This document shows positions 43,672-60,739 of a stretch of DNA of 64,000 bases, piece after piece. The translations under genes and the position numbers were made by a program. This DNA is from Eledone cirrhosa (Eukaryota), in NCBI GenBank assembly GCA_964016885.1, contig OZ024741.1, forward strand, positions 182,528,001 to 182,592,000, written 5' to 3'. Below the pieces are notes generated by a model that was given only the letters and a program-made list of their open reading frames with translations, searched no databases and was not told the DNA's origin. Numbering within the stretch: the first letter of the stretch is position 1; each line of letters opens with the position of its first letter.

Positions 43672-46241
43672 TAAAATAACAGATTAAAGTTTAAGCAAAG
43701 AATCGCTGCTTTGACCCTTAACGGGATCTTCTGAAACTAACAAAGTCAATCTGTGAACGTAGAAGTGAATATTTCAAAAAACGTTGCAACCGGAGGAAGA
43801 CAGGAAGACGATACTTTGGTTCGTGGAAACGTTCCCTGACAAAGAACGGGAAAAAAACGAATATAATACGTCATTATTTGGAACGGTGAAAAACAATTAT
43901 ACGCAAAAACAAAACCACGTTTATGGTATAAAAGAAGTCGTAGACTAATATTCTCTTAGGTGGTTCATAGAGACGTTCTCTGGCAATGAACGGAAAAAAC
44001 GAAGATAATACGTCATATGTGGAGCGTCGAGAACAATAGCACGCAAAGACAAAACCACGTAAATGGTATAGCAGAAATCGTAGACTAAAATTCTAACTAG
44101 GAAACCGAATGATTCTCGGCTTCAGAGTTAAGAATAAAGTAAATAAAATACAATACAGAGGTAATTGAAATTAAATAAATACATACACGCATCCAAATAC
44201 GTACATACACAAGCATACGCGAAAACACTCGGCATAGTTATACAAATACACGCACATATAAATATGTGTGTGTGTGTGTGTGTATACAAATAATTAAATA
44301 AACGTATATAAATAAATAAATACGTATATAACAAGCGCACACACATACCTACATGTAAATACACATATGTTCGGAGACGTACAAGCATACGCGAAAACAC
44401 TCGCCATAGGTATACAAATACACGCACATATAAATATGTGTGTGTGTGTGCGTGTATACAAATAATTAAATAAACGTATATAAATAAATAAATACGTATA
44501 TAACAAGCGCACACACATACCTACATGTAAATACACATATGTTCGGAGACGTACGTCAACCAAAACACGAAGTACACATATACACACACCCTACATACGT
44601 ACGAACCCGCATACTCACATAGACGCAAAACTCACGTATACACATAACCAAAAGCATATGTACCAGAATATATAAAATATACGCCATAACATATACAATC
44701 AAATATACGTACGAGAAAGTATACGTACCTTCACAAAACATACAGGTAATATATACTTACCTATACAAATAAGTAATGGTATAAACATAACATATACTTA
44801 GCTACCATATCAAGACGTAAAATATCCGCGTATAGATCGACTATCCGTTAGGGTATAAAGTGGGGCTGTAATACAGGAAAGTTTTGTGCAATTTATGTTT
44901 ACAAGCCGAAATTGCCTCAGATTTTTTGTTAAAGATGTGGTCTGTGGCGTAGACTATTTCTAGGGCCTCAGCGGTGCAGAGGTCACATGGTCTTTTATTT
45001 CCGTTATACGATCTAGCCTTAGTTAGGATCTCCCAGTGTAACTTATATTGGGTGTGGTTGTCTTTTAGACTCCAGATATAAGCTGAAAGTGACGTCATAT
45101 TCCTTCTTAGAGGGTAACGAAAAGAATGAGTATGCATGTAAAGACACTGCTTGAATCTATTGGCCGTTAACCCTATGTAGGCCCTACGGGACGTGGGTGT
45201 TTCAACCTTACATTTGTAGACAATGTTACTAGAGAGGCATTTTCCGGATAGGGGGAAGTCAACCCGATTCCTACAATTACAGTTAGTACTAACTACAGGG
45301 TTGCACGTGTTCTTACGGCTAGGTAGTTTAGCTAAATTAGAAGCTGTGATGTTATGTGCAAGGTTAGGAGTCGTAGAGTAAGAAATTTTAATAGTATTTC
45401 TATTAAAAATGTTACTATATTTATGTGTAAGGGGAAAATGCTTCGTAATAAGGGAGAGAAATATCTTAGCTAATGGTGTGGCCACCTTCATATTATATGG
45501 TGGGTTATACCATATAATGCGTCGGGATCTATTTCTTCTAGGTCTATTCTCGTACTCTGTATATGCTACCTTATCGACAAATCCACTCCGAGCAAGAGCT
45601 TCATTGTAATATGTGGAAGGGTCGTTGAAAATATGCTCGTTAGTAGATAGACGGGAAAGCCTCAAAGAAACGTTTCTTACCAGGTTCTTGGTTATGCTGG
45701 CAGGATGGTTAGAATGCTTACTTATGTAATTAAGCGTATCATTCGGCTTTCTATACAACCCATTCGATACATTGAGGGTAACGTCGAGGTAATTAACGAC
45801 CGAGAGGCTGGCCTCAACCTGTATAGAGTGGTTGAAGCCTTTAAAGAAGACTGTGAGTTCTTTTCTGAACCTGTCGCAAGCACGTGGGCCGCACTTAGTC
45901 ATGGTCAAAAGACCATCATCACGGTACAAACCACCGCCCACGAATGACGTATTATATTCGTTTTTTTCCCGTTATTTGCCAGGGAACATTTCCACGAACC
46001 AAAGTATCGTCTTCCTCTCTTCCTCCGGTTGCAACGGTTTTTGAAATATTCACTTCTGCGTACACAAATTGGCTTTGTTAGTTTCAGAAGATCCCGTTAA
46101 GGGTGAAAGCAGCGATTCTTTGCTTAAACTTTAATATGTTATTTTAATAAATATTTGCTCTACGGTTCTTATATATTTGATATATATTTATCCTTATCGA
46201 GCCCTCTTTGGATTTTAGTCTTCAAATTTATTATTATAACT
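43667..46241 (-). mobile_element. 5'-truncated Penelope/Poseidon-type element with inverted terminal repeat
   Basis: 43667-43875 and 45943-46152 are inverted copies. The long 3' region contains 172-bp (44209/44381) and ~144-bp (43817/43961) duplications. Confidence 0.88.
44841..45941 (-). pseudogene. Penelope RT C-half + GIY-YIG
   Basis: LYRDDGL, VNYLDVTLN, HSNHP, IIWYNPPYN, CNCR, IVYKC...AYIGLT, CDLC. Starts abruptly at the inverted repeat junction. Confidence 0.9.
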
Positions 46242-46686
46242 ATATATATATATAGATAGATAGATATAGATATATATATATATATGTATGAGAATAATAT
46301 AACAACAATATATATGTGTATATGTATGCAATATGAAGTGTATACGTGTATATGTGTGGATATGAAAGCAAAATTTATAAAGTTGCTGCCTCACTCTCTC
46401 TCCCTCTCTCTCACTCTCTCCCTCTCTCTCTATCTCTCTATCTCTCTATCTCTCTCTCTTTCAAGGTATCTGTCCTTTTCAAGTGTATCTTATGTATAGT
46501 ATCAGTTTCAGTTCATCAAAAGATTTTGTACTAAAACATCTAACACATCCTGTGTGTATATGTGTGCACATCCTTATGTGTATGGTATCTTTGTGCATGT
46601 ATACACACACACACACACGCATATATATATATACATATATATATATATATGAAATGTCACCGAATTAAAAACAAAAATAAGATATG

Positions 46687-46742
<56 letters not shown>

Positions 46743-47434
46743 CATATAGCATATTGGATACATGCATACATACATGCATGAATGGATGTGTGTGTGTATG
46801 TGTGTGTATGAGTGTGTATGTGTGTGGGTGTGTATGTGTGTGTGTGTGAGTGTGTGTGTGTGCGTGTATGTGTGTGTGAGTGTGTATGCGTGCGTGTGTG
46901 AGTATGTATGTGTGTGTGTATGTGCGTGTATGTGTAAGTGTGTATGTGTGTGTATGTGTGTGTATGTGTGAGTGTGTATGTGTGTGTGTATGTGTGTGTG
47001 TGTGTGTATGTGTAAGTGTGTATGTGTGTGTGCGTGTATGTGTGTGTGAGTGTGTATGCGTGCGTGTGTGAGTATGTATGTGTGTGTGTATGTGTGTGTA
47101 TGTGTGAGTGTGTATGTGTGTGTGTATGTATGTGTGTGTGTGTGTCTGTGTTACCCTCATTGCCACCGTTCCGTCTGTCTATTTACATAGCTGTGATATA
47201 ACGTTAAGCTCCCGTCGTCAAATTATGTGAAGCATAAAATGTAAGAAACCAACAAACAAACAAACAACCAACAAACAACACCAACATTTGGTATGGTGGT
47301 GGGTGGAGAGAGCTTGTTATATCAAGCTGCTTTATGCATTCTTTAATGAAACTAACAGCATTGAAGTCTCGTGCTGGTCGACTGACATACAAGAAATAGC
47401 AGGCAAATCTTCTTTCAATCACACATCTACCATT

Positions 47435-48092
47435 TTAACCTCTAGCATTTAAACCAGTCGCATCCGGCCAAAATTCTTTCACCTCTTTCTGTTCAAACCG
47501 GCTGTAATCAGCCACTCAATCTGATGTTAAAGTACTGTTCTCAAAATAAATAATATCAAAATCTCTTCAGCAGTTAAGATGTAGTGCCACGAGTGACCAG
47601 TTCTGTAGAAAGATGTGGTAAGAACATCGACAACGACTTTGGCTTGTTTTACATTATTTATTAACAAGGTTGAGCTATGTAGAGATGAGTAGAGCAGGGA
47701 TGCCAAGAGTAATAAAACAAACGAATTAAGAATATCAGAAGGCACGGTCCACTGGCTGAAGTGTTGCCAGGCCGTGGTTATGCTGTTGTGTTACATATTG
47801 GCTAGTGATTTCACGGCGAAAGAAAGTTAGTTGTTTACCTTTCCGCGGTCAGGATGCAAGAGAGAGATTTCTCGAATCGACGCGGGAAGTTTTCCCTCAG
47901 GGCGCGTAGAGATACATTCTCCTCCGCTGGCTGTCATTGGCTGGGCTGAGCCAAATAACGCACGGAGAATGTATGTGAGCCCGCGGATTGTAGGTCACTA
48001 CATCTCCTATATTCGATATTATGTGACGTAAAGCCTTTTTTCTGTGAAAATACAATAGTATATATAGAGTAATGTAAATGCTAAAGGATTAA
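47435..48092. mobile_element. piggyBac-like MITE
   Basis: TTAA-cctctagcattta ... taaatgctaaagga-TTAA. Confidence 0.55.
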
Positions 48093-48229
48093 AGTATTGG
48101 ATTATATATGGACTTGTAACTCTTGACGGAGTTGTATGGGTGCCGTAGTGATATATGGGTTCCTTGAGAATTTGAACCTGACGAAGCACATCATTCTCCG
48201 TGTCACAACCGATTTCATCTAGAGAAGGA

Positions 48230-48282
<53 letters not shown>

Positions 48283-48302
48283 GAGAAAGAGAGAGAGAGA
48301 GA

Positions 48303-48357
<55 letters not shown>

Positions 48358-48489
48358 TGGTGGTGGAGGTTTTCGTGGTGGTTTCTATGATGAAATTGGA
48401 GAGGAAGCCCCCACTTACACCTCGTTCGTACAACCTAAATTCCCATCTCAGTATCCGCAGCAGGGATCCTGGAAAGTTATCAACGGCGA

Positions 48490-48547
<58 letters not shown>

Positions 48548-48726
48548 ACAGGGAGAAAGAGACGATTATTAGAAAGAAAAATTTTTTTTTTCCTTTTTCG
48601 TTTCTCTCTCTCTTTTTTCTGAGTTAGAAAATGATTAAAACAAAATGTTTTACTTTGTGTGAAGTGTTAAGGTATTAGTTGATTTATTTATTATTTAACA
48701 ATGGCATTTATTTATCTATTTATATA

Positions 48727-48826
<100 letters not shown>

Positions 48827-48981
48827 GGGAGAGAGTGGGAGATGAGGGGAGAGAAAAAGAGAGGGATAGTGAAAGAGGGGGGAATGGGATGTTTATTTGT
48901 TTATGTGAGTGTGTGTGTGTATACATACATACATACATACATACATACATACATACATACATACATACATACATACATACG

Positions 48982-50500
48982 CGTAACCAGGGAATACTAC
49001 ACCCGATTAAGAAAGATCTGGTCATCGGAACTCTCTGCGCAAAACAAAACAGTGGCTCACAATGTGTTTGCTGTGCCTGTCCTAACACCAACGTTTGGAA
49101 TACTCAATTGGACGATAGACGAAATCCGAGCAGTTGATGTTGGAACTCGAAAAATACTGAACAACACCGGAAACTTCCATATCAACAGTGACATAGACCG
49201 CCTTTACTTGAAACGTAAGCAGGGAGGCAGAGGCCTAACATCAGTCCAGATAACATTTGAATGTCGCATCATATCTCTCCGACAACATCTACGAACCTCG
49301 AAGAGTAGGAGCCCGTTTCTCGAGCAAGTCTATCTGCATGAAACAGATAAGATCATGAGAGTTGGGAAGGAACTCCTCAAAGAGATATTCCCTGTGTGAT
49401 AATCAAAAACTCACACCCAGGGATGTCGCTCAACAGTATCGCAGTGAATCCATGGATGAAAAACTGCATGCCTATTAGCAAAAAATCATGCATGGATATG
49501 TTGCCAGGAAGCTCCCGAGTGAGATTAATATAGATAAGGAAAGTAGTCTATCTTGGACCAACAACCACTATATTGGCTCCCACTTTGAAGGATACGCTTT
49601 TGAAATCCAGGAACAGGAGATTAGCACGAAATACCTGATTCACAAAAGAGATAGGGATGCAGGCAAAACACCTAGATATGATAACAAGTGCAAACTCTGC
49701 AGAACTAACATCGAGGATATCACCCATGTCATCAGCAGCTGTCCAAAGATGTCATCGCGGTACTATCTACCTATGAGGCATGATGTAGTGGCCAAAACAC
49801 TGTACAATGCAGTTCGTAAAACAGATAGCCCCGATAATAAACACATTAAAAGCTACAGCAATGTGGAAGACATCCATGTACATAATATGATAGAGTACTG
49901 GTGGAATGTTCCAGTAAAAACCCCAATAAAATGCAGGCATAACAGACCAGATATTATGATATGGGACAGGGAGAAGAAAGCATGCACAGTAGTGGAAATT
50001 AGCTGCCCAGCAGATGCCAATATAATATCAAAGATTGGCGAAAAGGAGAATATTTATGCAGAACTGCTGAGAAATCTGCAGATACTCCATCCTGATTACA
50101 CCTTCAGATTTATGCCTGTGATTATTGGGCCACTGGGATATGTTAGTAACTGCCCCAATACAAATCTTGAGAAGCTAGGCTTCACAGGAACAGAAAGAAC
50201 ACAACTAGTTAGGAAATTACAAGTACAATCCATTAATGGAACAGTAAAAATATGTAAAACATTCCAAAAATTTTGCATCTAATAACTACATATACACATG
50301 TACAGATACAAAGCATATACACATGCACACATACAACTCAAAACATACATACAATAACATCCATATCTACACATGCATGCATACATACATATCTACCTAG
50401 TTGATGTTGTGTAAATTCCAATGAGAGAGTCTTGTGTCTATGTTAGAAACCGACTCTCTCTCTATTGGTAAAACTTTGTGAAATTATAAAACCAGAAGAA
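48982..50500 (+). mobile_element. 5'-truncated R4/Dong-clade element (thumb + CCHC + restriction-like endonuclease) in (CATA)n
   Basis: IDRLYLKRKQGGRGL; CKLC...HVISSC, RHDVVA, HNRPDI, VVEISCP, EKENIY. Stop at 50282. (CATA)n at both flanks. Confidence 0.9.
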
Positions 50501-50930
50501 CATACATACATATATGTGTGTGTGTGTGTGTCTGTTTATACAAACAAACATGACCCGTAAAAGAAAGTGAGAAAAATAAAACAGAACAAAAAATAAAGCG
50601 ATAAAGATGCCATGAGATCGATTACGTTGCTAAATAATGCCAGCAGATATCTTCACGCCAAATTCCACCTAAAACTATCATAACGACTTATCACTCCGTT
50701 GATGAAGAACCCTGCCAGAAACGTCAAGTCTCTCTTTCTCATCCTAGCTTACGTCATCCTCACTTACTTTACTTTGAGAAATGTGTACAATAACTGAATT
50801 AAACGGAAGTGATGTTGAAGAGAAAGGAGTGGAAATCAGAGTGTGTTGGGTGTAAGGATGTGACGGTGTAAATAAGACGGAAAAGAAATAGATAAAAAAA
50901 AATATCGTGTGTGTGTACGAGCGTGCACAC

Positions 50931-50965
<35 letters not shown>

Positions 50966-51109
50966 CGCACATATTTATATGTATGCGTATTGCGTATGTG
51001 TTATATTTTAGTGTGTACGTGTATATATAAATGTGTCTGTGTGTGCGTGTGTGTGTATGAATGTATGTGTGTGTATATATATCTATATATATATATATAT
51101 ATATATATA

Positions 51110-51305
51110 GCGATGAACTGGACTCCGCCTGGCGGTAAACGGAGGCGGGGTTGCCCAAGGATCACCTGGCGACGACCGTTTCGGAAGGACCTGATGACAG
51201 TCAACATCACCTGACACGGTCTCGAAAAAGTTGCCGCTGATCGTGACCGTTGGCGAGTACTTACTGCTCGATGCGCCGAACGGCGCGAAAGAATCTAAGA
51301 CTAAG
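51110..51305 (+). mobile_element. RTE LINE 3' fragment (similar remnant at about 34217-34325)
   Basis: WTPPGGKRRRGCPRITWRR...ADRDRWR, with a short repeat tail ctaagactaaga. Confidence 0.75.
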
Positions 51306-51352
51306 ATATATATATATATTTTAAAAAATATAGGTGTAACACACGAGTTGTG

Positions 51353-51647
51353 ATATATTAGTAAAAGGAAAAGAAAATGGTGACAAATTTTTCCCAGTGA
51401 AAAATAGTTTAATTAGGAATAAGTATAAATTAGTAATAAGTATTGGTTAGTATTCAGTTTTAGTTTTCAGTTAGAGCGCTCGTGATGTTTGCTCTAATCT
51501 GATTAGAGCAAACATCACGAGCGCTCTATCTTAAAACTAAAACTGAATACTAACCAATACTTATTACTAATTTATACTTATTCCTAATTAAACTATTTTT
51601 CACTGGGAAAAGTTTGTCAGCATTTTCTTTTCCTTTTACTAATATAT
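51353..51647. repeat. Near-perfect fold-back, ~145-bp arms, 1-nt loop
   Basis: Centre gctctaatc-t-gattagagc at about 51500. A few arm mismatches. Confidence 0.9.
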
Positions 51648-51651
51648 ATAT

Positions 51652-51945
51652 ATTGTTATCTATTGTTATATTTGAGGAGAGTCATATTGTTATAATATTG
51701 GCAGGAATATGAAATAAAGCACACTCACTGTTTGGTGTGGGTTAGTTTTCGCTTCCGTATATTTTATATCCCTATAGTTAATTTAGATGGCAATCAATTT
51801 TTATCATTGATTGACCAACAGTTGAAAATATATATATAGTCTCTCAGAGTTCTTTCGTCACACACCTGTGACATCATCAGTGATACTATAATATTTCCTC
51901 CCGTTGTATTGTTGTAATGCTTACTTATTCTATTTTATTTATATA
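51652..51945 (-). mobile_element. Diverged 3'-end remnant of the 39681-43635 Penelope family with an HHR-like motif
   Basis: ttgttatatttgaggagagtcatat...acactcactgtttgg. Minus strand CTGATGA-tgtcaca ggtg tgtgac-GAAA-gaac-TC at about 51845-51883. Confidence 0.65.
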
Positions 51946-51948
51946 TAG

Positions 51949-52049
<101 letters not shown>

Positions 52050-52957
52050 TATATTTGTACGTATGTACGTATCTATATATTTATGAATGTATGCATTTGT
52101 AATTAGTTCTATACGGCGGTTTCAGACTAGGGATCACCAGGAAGAAGATTGCGGTTTAGTACTTTCATACTATCTACAATTCGATATTTGCGAGCGAGCG
52201 CGTGTGTGGTTTATACGGAGATTAAGTGAATAAAAAAATATTTTCTGTAATATACATTATAATGAGCATATATTATACCGGGACGTAATTACATTTCTGA
52301 AAACTGGTTGCATTTACAAAGACGCAACAAAAATCACCATCAAGCAAAAGTAACCAAGCGAAATTTGAATTTACCCTGATGATAGATACATAGATGTCAA
52401 AATTCCGTCAGAACTCCACAGAATTTGAATCTCTTATAATAACACATAGAATATTTTTTTCATAGTACAACACCAAGTATAGCTCTTGCTGTAATCCAGA
52501 GCTATTAATATAAATATTTCATGAAACACATCAGGAATTCATTGTAAAACAGGAATTTACCGAAGAGTTTCATAAACTATGTTTAAAGTGATATAATTTA
52601 TGCAATGTGCAGGCAAACTGAATGTTTCAAAAATTTAACTTGCATAAATATATTTGGTCGTGTGTGTGTATGTATGTGTGTGTATATTTGTGTGTATATT
52701 TGTGTGTATATGTGTGGGTGTGTGTATGTGTGTATATGTGTGTGTGTGTGCATCATGTGTTTAAAACATGATATGAATAACGAGTTGCTCAGATAATATG
52801 CAATTAGAGCAAGAATTTAGTAACAAAGATGTAAGATCTGTTTCGGGATCAATTTCTCTATCGTGTATACATACATACTTAAAAAACATATAGATATATA
52901 TATTCACACAGACACAAACACATGCATGCACACACACACACACACATATATATAACA

Positions 52958-52997
<40 letters not shown>

Positions 52998-52998
52998 A

Positions 52999-53029
<31 letters not shown>

Positions 53030-53127
53030 AGCAATGAATTATTTAATTTGTCGGTTATTCAACAAATTTAGTTTATATCAGGTTAGAAGCACTCTACAGT
53101 TTTCTTCTGGAGTATAATATCAATAAT

Positions 53128-53317
53128 TGTTTCTACATTTGGCACAAGGCCAGCAATTACCCAATGCATTACTGGTACTTTATTTTATCGACCCCGTAAG
53201 GATGAAAGGCAAAGTTAACCTCGATGGGATTTGAACCCAGACCGTAAAGGGATACAACTCTATGCTGCAAAGCATGGCGTCCGATCCTCTACCGATACTG
53301 CCAATCCACCGAGTACC
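53128..53317 (-). mobile_element. SINE family A with 18-bp TSD, inserted in a PLE-type terminal fragment
   Basis: gagtataatatcaataat at 53110-53127 and 53318-53335. Confidence 0.88.
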
Positions 53318-53392
53318 GAGTATAATATCAATAATATTAATAAATGGAAACTATTATGGTTTTATAAAGATAGTTCCCATTTATTAATATAT

Positions 53393-53431
<39 letters not shown>

Positions 53432-53436
53432 GCAGC

Positions 53437-53570
<134 letters not shown>

Positions 53571-53615
53571 GCTGCTAATTTTAGTGGCAGTATCAACACG
53601 TTCATAATAAACAGC

Positions 53616-53662
<47 letters not shown>

Positions 53663-53819
53663 ATATACCCGTGTGTTTTGGCTTATATGCACGAGCAAAA
53701 AGTGCTGAATACCAAAATAGAGAATATTCCACATTATACCACTGATTAGTTGGATGATTAGTGGCAATCTGTGAAACTCAAGATATATATTATATAATAT
53801 TATATAATATATATAATAT

Positions 53820-53923
<104 letters not shown>

Positions 53924-55159
53924 TTAAGTGATTATATACTGTAAGCGATCAGTTCAATGAATTATGCACGTAATCATCTTGATGTGAACTCCTTTAGTAC
54001 CTATTAATAGACTCCACTCTAGCTTGTAGATGTGATACATAATTGATTTATATTTGAGACGGGGGTTGTCTATTGCTTGATGGCCAGACTAGTGCATTTA
54101 TATGAGAGATTGGATCTCCGGACCATACCGAAGATTTACTGGAGATGCAGGCATGCAATGACCCGGAGCCTACCGGGTGGCACATATAATAGTGGGACCA
54201 TACCAGGTCCTACTGTTATATTACATTTGCATGGAGCAGTGACTTGAGAGTCTGTCTCCTCTTATAGAACGTTCAGATATGACACCCCTTAATTAATGGA
54301 TGGTAATCATCCTAATATATACACCCTTGTACTTCTTAATGGACAACTCTCTAACCTATAAATGGGTAACATACTCTAGATATTAGTTATAACTTCACAT
54401 GATAGGCACGTATTTGAACCACCATTAATGTAGTTTAGCATAGTAATGTAACTAAGATAACTAGCTAGTTACCTCCCCTTACGCATTAATTCCCCTTAGT
54501 CATTCAGGCACTTCCGGAATCTGGACAGCATGATATATTAATTAAGAACCGACTGGATACGGTTTATAGCTTGACTATATGCTGAACCACCGCGAATTAT
54601 ACGATAGACGCGTGTTCTCTCTATATATATATTGCGTCTCATGGATTATGTGACTGGTGGTGTGACCAGGGACAGTGGTACGGCCTTGCCTACGATACAA
54701 TAAGGTTTATAGTATGTTGAAGGTTTTTGATATTTTGGTGTTTCCCCGCATCCGAGACTGTACATCATACAGATATATGAGAATAAATGACTTAATAATT
54801 CAGCCTACATAATAAGATCGATTACTTGCTTCAACTGCCTGACCCTGCAAATATCATTCTGACGCACTCTAATCATGTATAAATAAGACACGCGTGCATG
54901 CTACACGGGAGATTGTTTCATACACTGACTACTCTAAGCTTTCCTCTTGCTTTATCATCATAGACTGCCAACGCTTCATGTTTATCTTTATTTTCACTCT
55001 TGTTTTCACTCTTGTTTTTATTTTATTTTTATCCTGTAACCTTTATATGTAAATTGCCATGCTATATCATTTGATGAATGTCACCCCACTGTTGATCAAT
55101 ATGCGCATATGTTTTCTGTGTCTCTTGGGTTGAAAAGGAGGTCAAGTATGTGAAAATAG

Positions 55160-55208
55160 TTGCTCCGAAGAATCCAAACCTCGGTCTGGAGGAAACAATT
55201 GTAAGCAA
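55160..55208 (+). ncRNA. HHR-like motif, CCGAAGA core variant
   Basis: ttgct-CCGAAGA-atcca...tggag-GAAA-caattg-TA-agcaa, then ataaa. Confidence 0.6.
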
Positions 55209-55269
55209 ATAAATGACTTAAACTGAACTTTGATTACTGTAATCTCTCTCTCTATATATATATATATAT

Positions 55270-56168
55270 ATAAAAGTGGATGAATACCTCAACAGGCACT
55301 AAGTACTTGTAGAAATATGCAAGGTGTTTATAATAGTTGTGGTTCGATGGTACTAATTTGAGATACCAGAACAATATAAAAAGAGCGGAGCAAGCGGTTA
55401 TCAAATAATTCTCTAAATAAATTAAAAAACGATTTAAATAATCACCTGTTCTATTGCTGTTACCGACGGTTTCACCATTCCAAAAATTGGAAATCCAGAG
55501 AATTTCCAATGGAAAGAAATGGATCTTCAGACAGCTTATTTCCATACTATAAAGTTGCCAGCCTTACAGCAAGTAAATATTTCGCTTCCTGCCCAACGCA
55601 TGCGGTCAAGCCGTTAAAATGACACACACGCAAAATCAGGTCGCAGATAATAGCTGTTTATTATGAACGTGTTGATACTGCCACTAAAATTAGCAGCATT
55701 ATTCAACGTTTTGTTCTCTACATAAGGAGAAAAATTATAAAAGTGGATGAATACTTCAACAGGCACTAAGTACTTGTAGAAATATGCAAGGTGTTTATAA
55801 TGGTTGTGGATAATTTTTCTCCTTATGTAGAGAACAAAACGTTGAATAATGCTGCTAATTTTAGTGGCAGTATCCAAACGTTTATAATAAAAAGCTATTA
55901 TCTGCAACCTGATTTTGCGTGTGTGTCATTTTAACGGCTTGACCGCATGCGTTGGGCAGGAAGCGAAATATTTACTTGTTGTTGTAAGGCTGGCAACCTT
56001 ATAGTATGTAAATAAGCTGTCTGAAGATCCATTTCTTTCCATTGGAAATTCTCTGGATTTCCAATTTTTGGAATGGTGAAACCCTCGGTAACAGCAATAG
56101 AACAGGTGATTATTTAAATCGTTTTTTAATTTATTTAGAGAATTATTTGATAACCGCTTGCTCCGCTC

Positions 56169-56172
<4 letters not shown>
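55270..56172. mobile_element. Retrozyme-like element: ~1.15 copies of a ~467-bp unit plus inverted arm, HHR in both arms
   Basis: Direct repeat at 55271/55738. Inverted arms 55378-55738 / 55811-56172. gctgt-CTGAAGA-tccatt...aatggt-GAAA-cc(c/g)tcgg-TA-acagc at 56016-56095 (+) and 55456-55535 (-). Confidence 0.85.
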
Positions 56173-56266
<94 letters not shown>

Positions 56267-56484
56267 GATAAATCTACCAAGAGTTTACGGTAGTGTCCAA
56301 TCCGTATGAAGAACTCAATGTAATCCGGATATGTAATCTGTAATATGCATGCCAACTCTAACACATATATGTCCTAGAAACGATCGTTAAATAATGAACT
56401 TTTTTTGTTTAATATAAGGAACTGTTTCATTGTTTTATTAATTATTTTTTTAATACTTTATATATAAATATATATATATATATA

Positions 56485-56524
<40 letters not shown>

Positions 56525-56534
56525 TATATATATA

Positions 56535-56620
<86 letters not shown>

Positions 56621-56624
56621 TGCT

Positions 56625-56966
56625 AAATTTCTTTAAGTCGTTTGGAAGCCTCGACAATGCAGATGGGTAAATCTCCGGGTAACAAGATCCGGTGGTGGAG
56701 AGAGAGATGTAAGTGGGTGTACGTTGAGATGCGTGGCGTGTATAAGACGTGTAGAGGAATGAAGGAAAGAGCGTAAAGGATAAAAATAAAAATAACAACA
56801 CGAGAAAGAGTTACCTTGGGAGAGATTTCATTCCTCTACACGTCTTATACACGCCACACATCTCAGCGTATACCCAATTAGATCTCTCTCTCCACCACCG
56901 GATCTTGTTACCTGGAGATTTACCCATCTGCATTGTCGAGGCTTCCAAACGACTTAAAGAAATTTA
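56625..56966. repeat. Fold-back element in (TA)n, ~140-bp arms
   Basis: 56625-56763 is the reverse complement of 56827-56966, with several substitutions. Confidence 0.85.
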
Positions 56967-57023
56967 CCTTATTATTCCACAATGCTTCAAGGAAACTTCA
57001 TATATATATATATATATATATAT

Positions 57024-58839
<1,816 letters not shown>

Positions 58840-58892
58840 ATATATATATATATATGTATGTATATATATATATATATATACATATATGTATA

Positions 58893-58970
<78 letters not shown>

Positions 58971-59356
58971 CATATATGTATATATATATACATATATGTA
59001 TATATATATACATATATGTATATATATATACATATATGTATATATATATACATATATGTATATATATATACATACATATATATATATATATGTATAAGGC
59101 GTGTGGGTGAGTGGTTAGAGAATTGGATTCGCAATCGTAAGGTTGTGAGTTCGATTCCTGGACCAGGCGATGCGTTATGTCCTTGAGCGAGACACTTTAT
59201 TTCACGTTGCTCCTTCTACCTGGAGTTGCGACCGATAGATAGCATTAGCAATTGGAAAGACCAACGGAAACATTGTTCCCTCGGTCCGATTTGACGAAAG
59301 TCGATCGTTCCTTTATATATATATATATATGTATATATATGTATATATATATATAC

Positions 59357-59388
<32 letters not shown>

Positions 59389-59399
59389 GTATATATATG

Positions 59400-59436
<37 letters not shown>

Positions 59437-60226
59437 GTATATATATATATATACATATATATATATCTCAAAACAGAGAGGCAGTACAATATATATATAT
59501 ATATAATATTGCGATTTCTTTCTGTAGCTACTCTTGATTTTCATGCATATATGTACATATATATATGAAGGTGTGTGGCTGATTAGTTAGAGAACTGGAT
59601 TCGCAATCGTGAGGTTGTCAGGTCGATTCCTGGACCAGGCGATGCGTTATGTCCTTGTTAAAACAGTTTATTTCACGTTGCTCCTTCTACCTGGAGTTGC
59701 GACCGATAGATAGTATTAACAATTGGAAAGACCAACAACAAATATATATATATATATTTGTCGATTGACTTTCGTCAAATCGGACCGAGGAAACAATGTT
59801 TCCGTTGGTCTTTCCAATTGCTAATACTATATATATATATGTAATGTTAAGGTATTAAAACGTGTTTAATATGTATGATAACCGTGGGACATAAAGACAA
59901 TTCGTCTGATGAGTAGCTCCTTGTCTTTCGTTGGCTTCCACCGCAATCAATAATCAATTACTTGGATCGATTTCCACTTGCCTAACGTCTCTTGGAGTTA
60001 TGAACCAATACTGTCAGGAATATTTTTCCACTATACGCATGTCTATTGTTTTCCTTTGCCTTTCATCCTTACGGGGTCGATAAAATAAAGTACCAGTAAT
60101 ACATTGGTGGCCTTGTGCCAAAAGTAGAAACAACTATTTGTATTAGATATGTGTATGAATACTATGTTTCTTATATGACTCTTTCTCTCTCACTCTAAAC
60201 ATATCTTTTGAATTTGAATTATATGT

Positions 60227-60291
<65 letters not shown>

Positions 60292-60739
60292 TGTCTGTGT
60301 GCGTGTGTGTATGTGTGTGTGTACATAACTATATGTGTGTGTACGTTTGCATGTATGTATGCGTGTTTGTATGTACGCATCTATATATTGATGTACGTAC
60401 GATTATGTGTATGTAATGCTGGAGAAATAATTCTCCTCTGTCAATCTGGGCGCCATTGAATATCACACTTCCTGTTGATATTTAACTCTCTATCGGTTCC
60501 CTGTTTTAACAGGTGCCATATGACGTGTATCTATATCACATAAGATCTTTTACTGTAACCTAACACTCGGCATGTGTATCTCACCTCTCAGATGATTAGG
60601 CCTGAAATTATTCATCACCAACATTTATAGCTTATGATAATTGGCATGTATGTATGTATGTAAGTATGTATGTATGTATGTATGTATATGTATGTAGGTA
60701 TGTATGTATGTAGGTATGTATCTATGTACGGATGTATGT

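Noticed and set aside
48350-48495. Short stretch translating GGGGGFRGGFYDEIGEEAPTYTSFVQPKFPSQYPQQGSW
   Set aside because: Lies between (GA)n and (TA)n with no convincing splice sites or recognisable homology.
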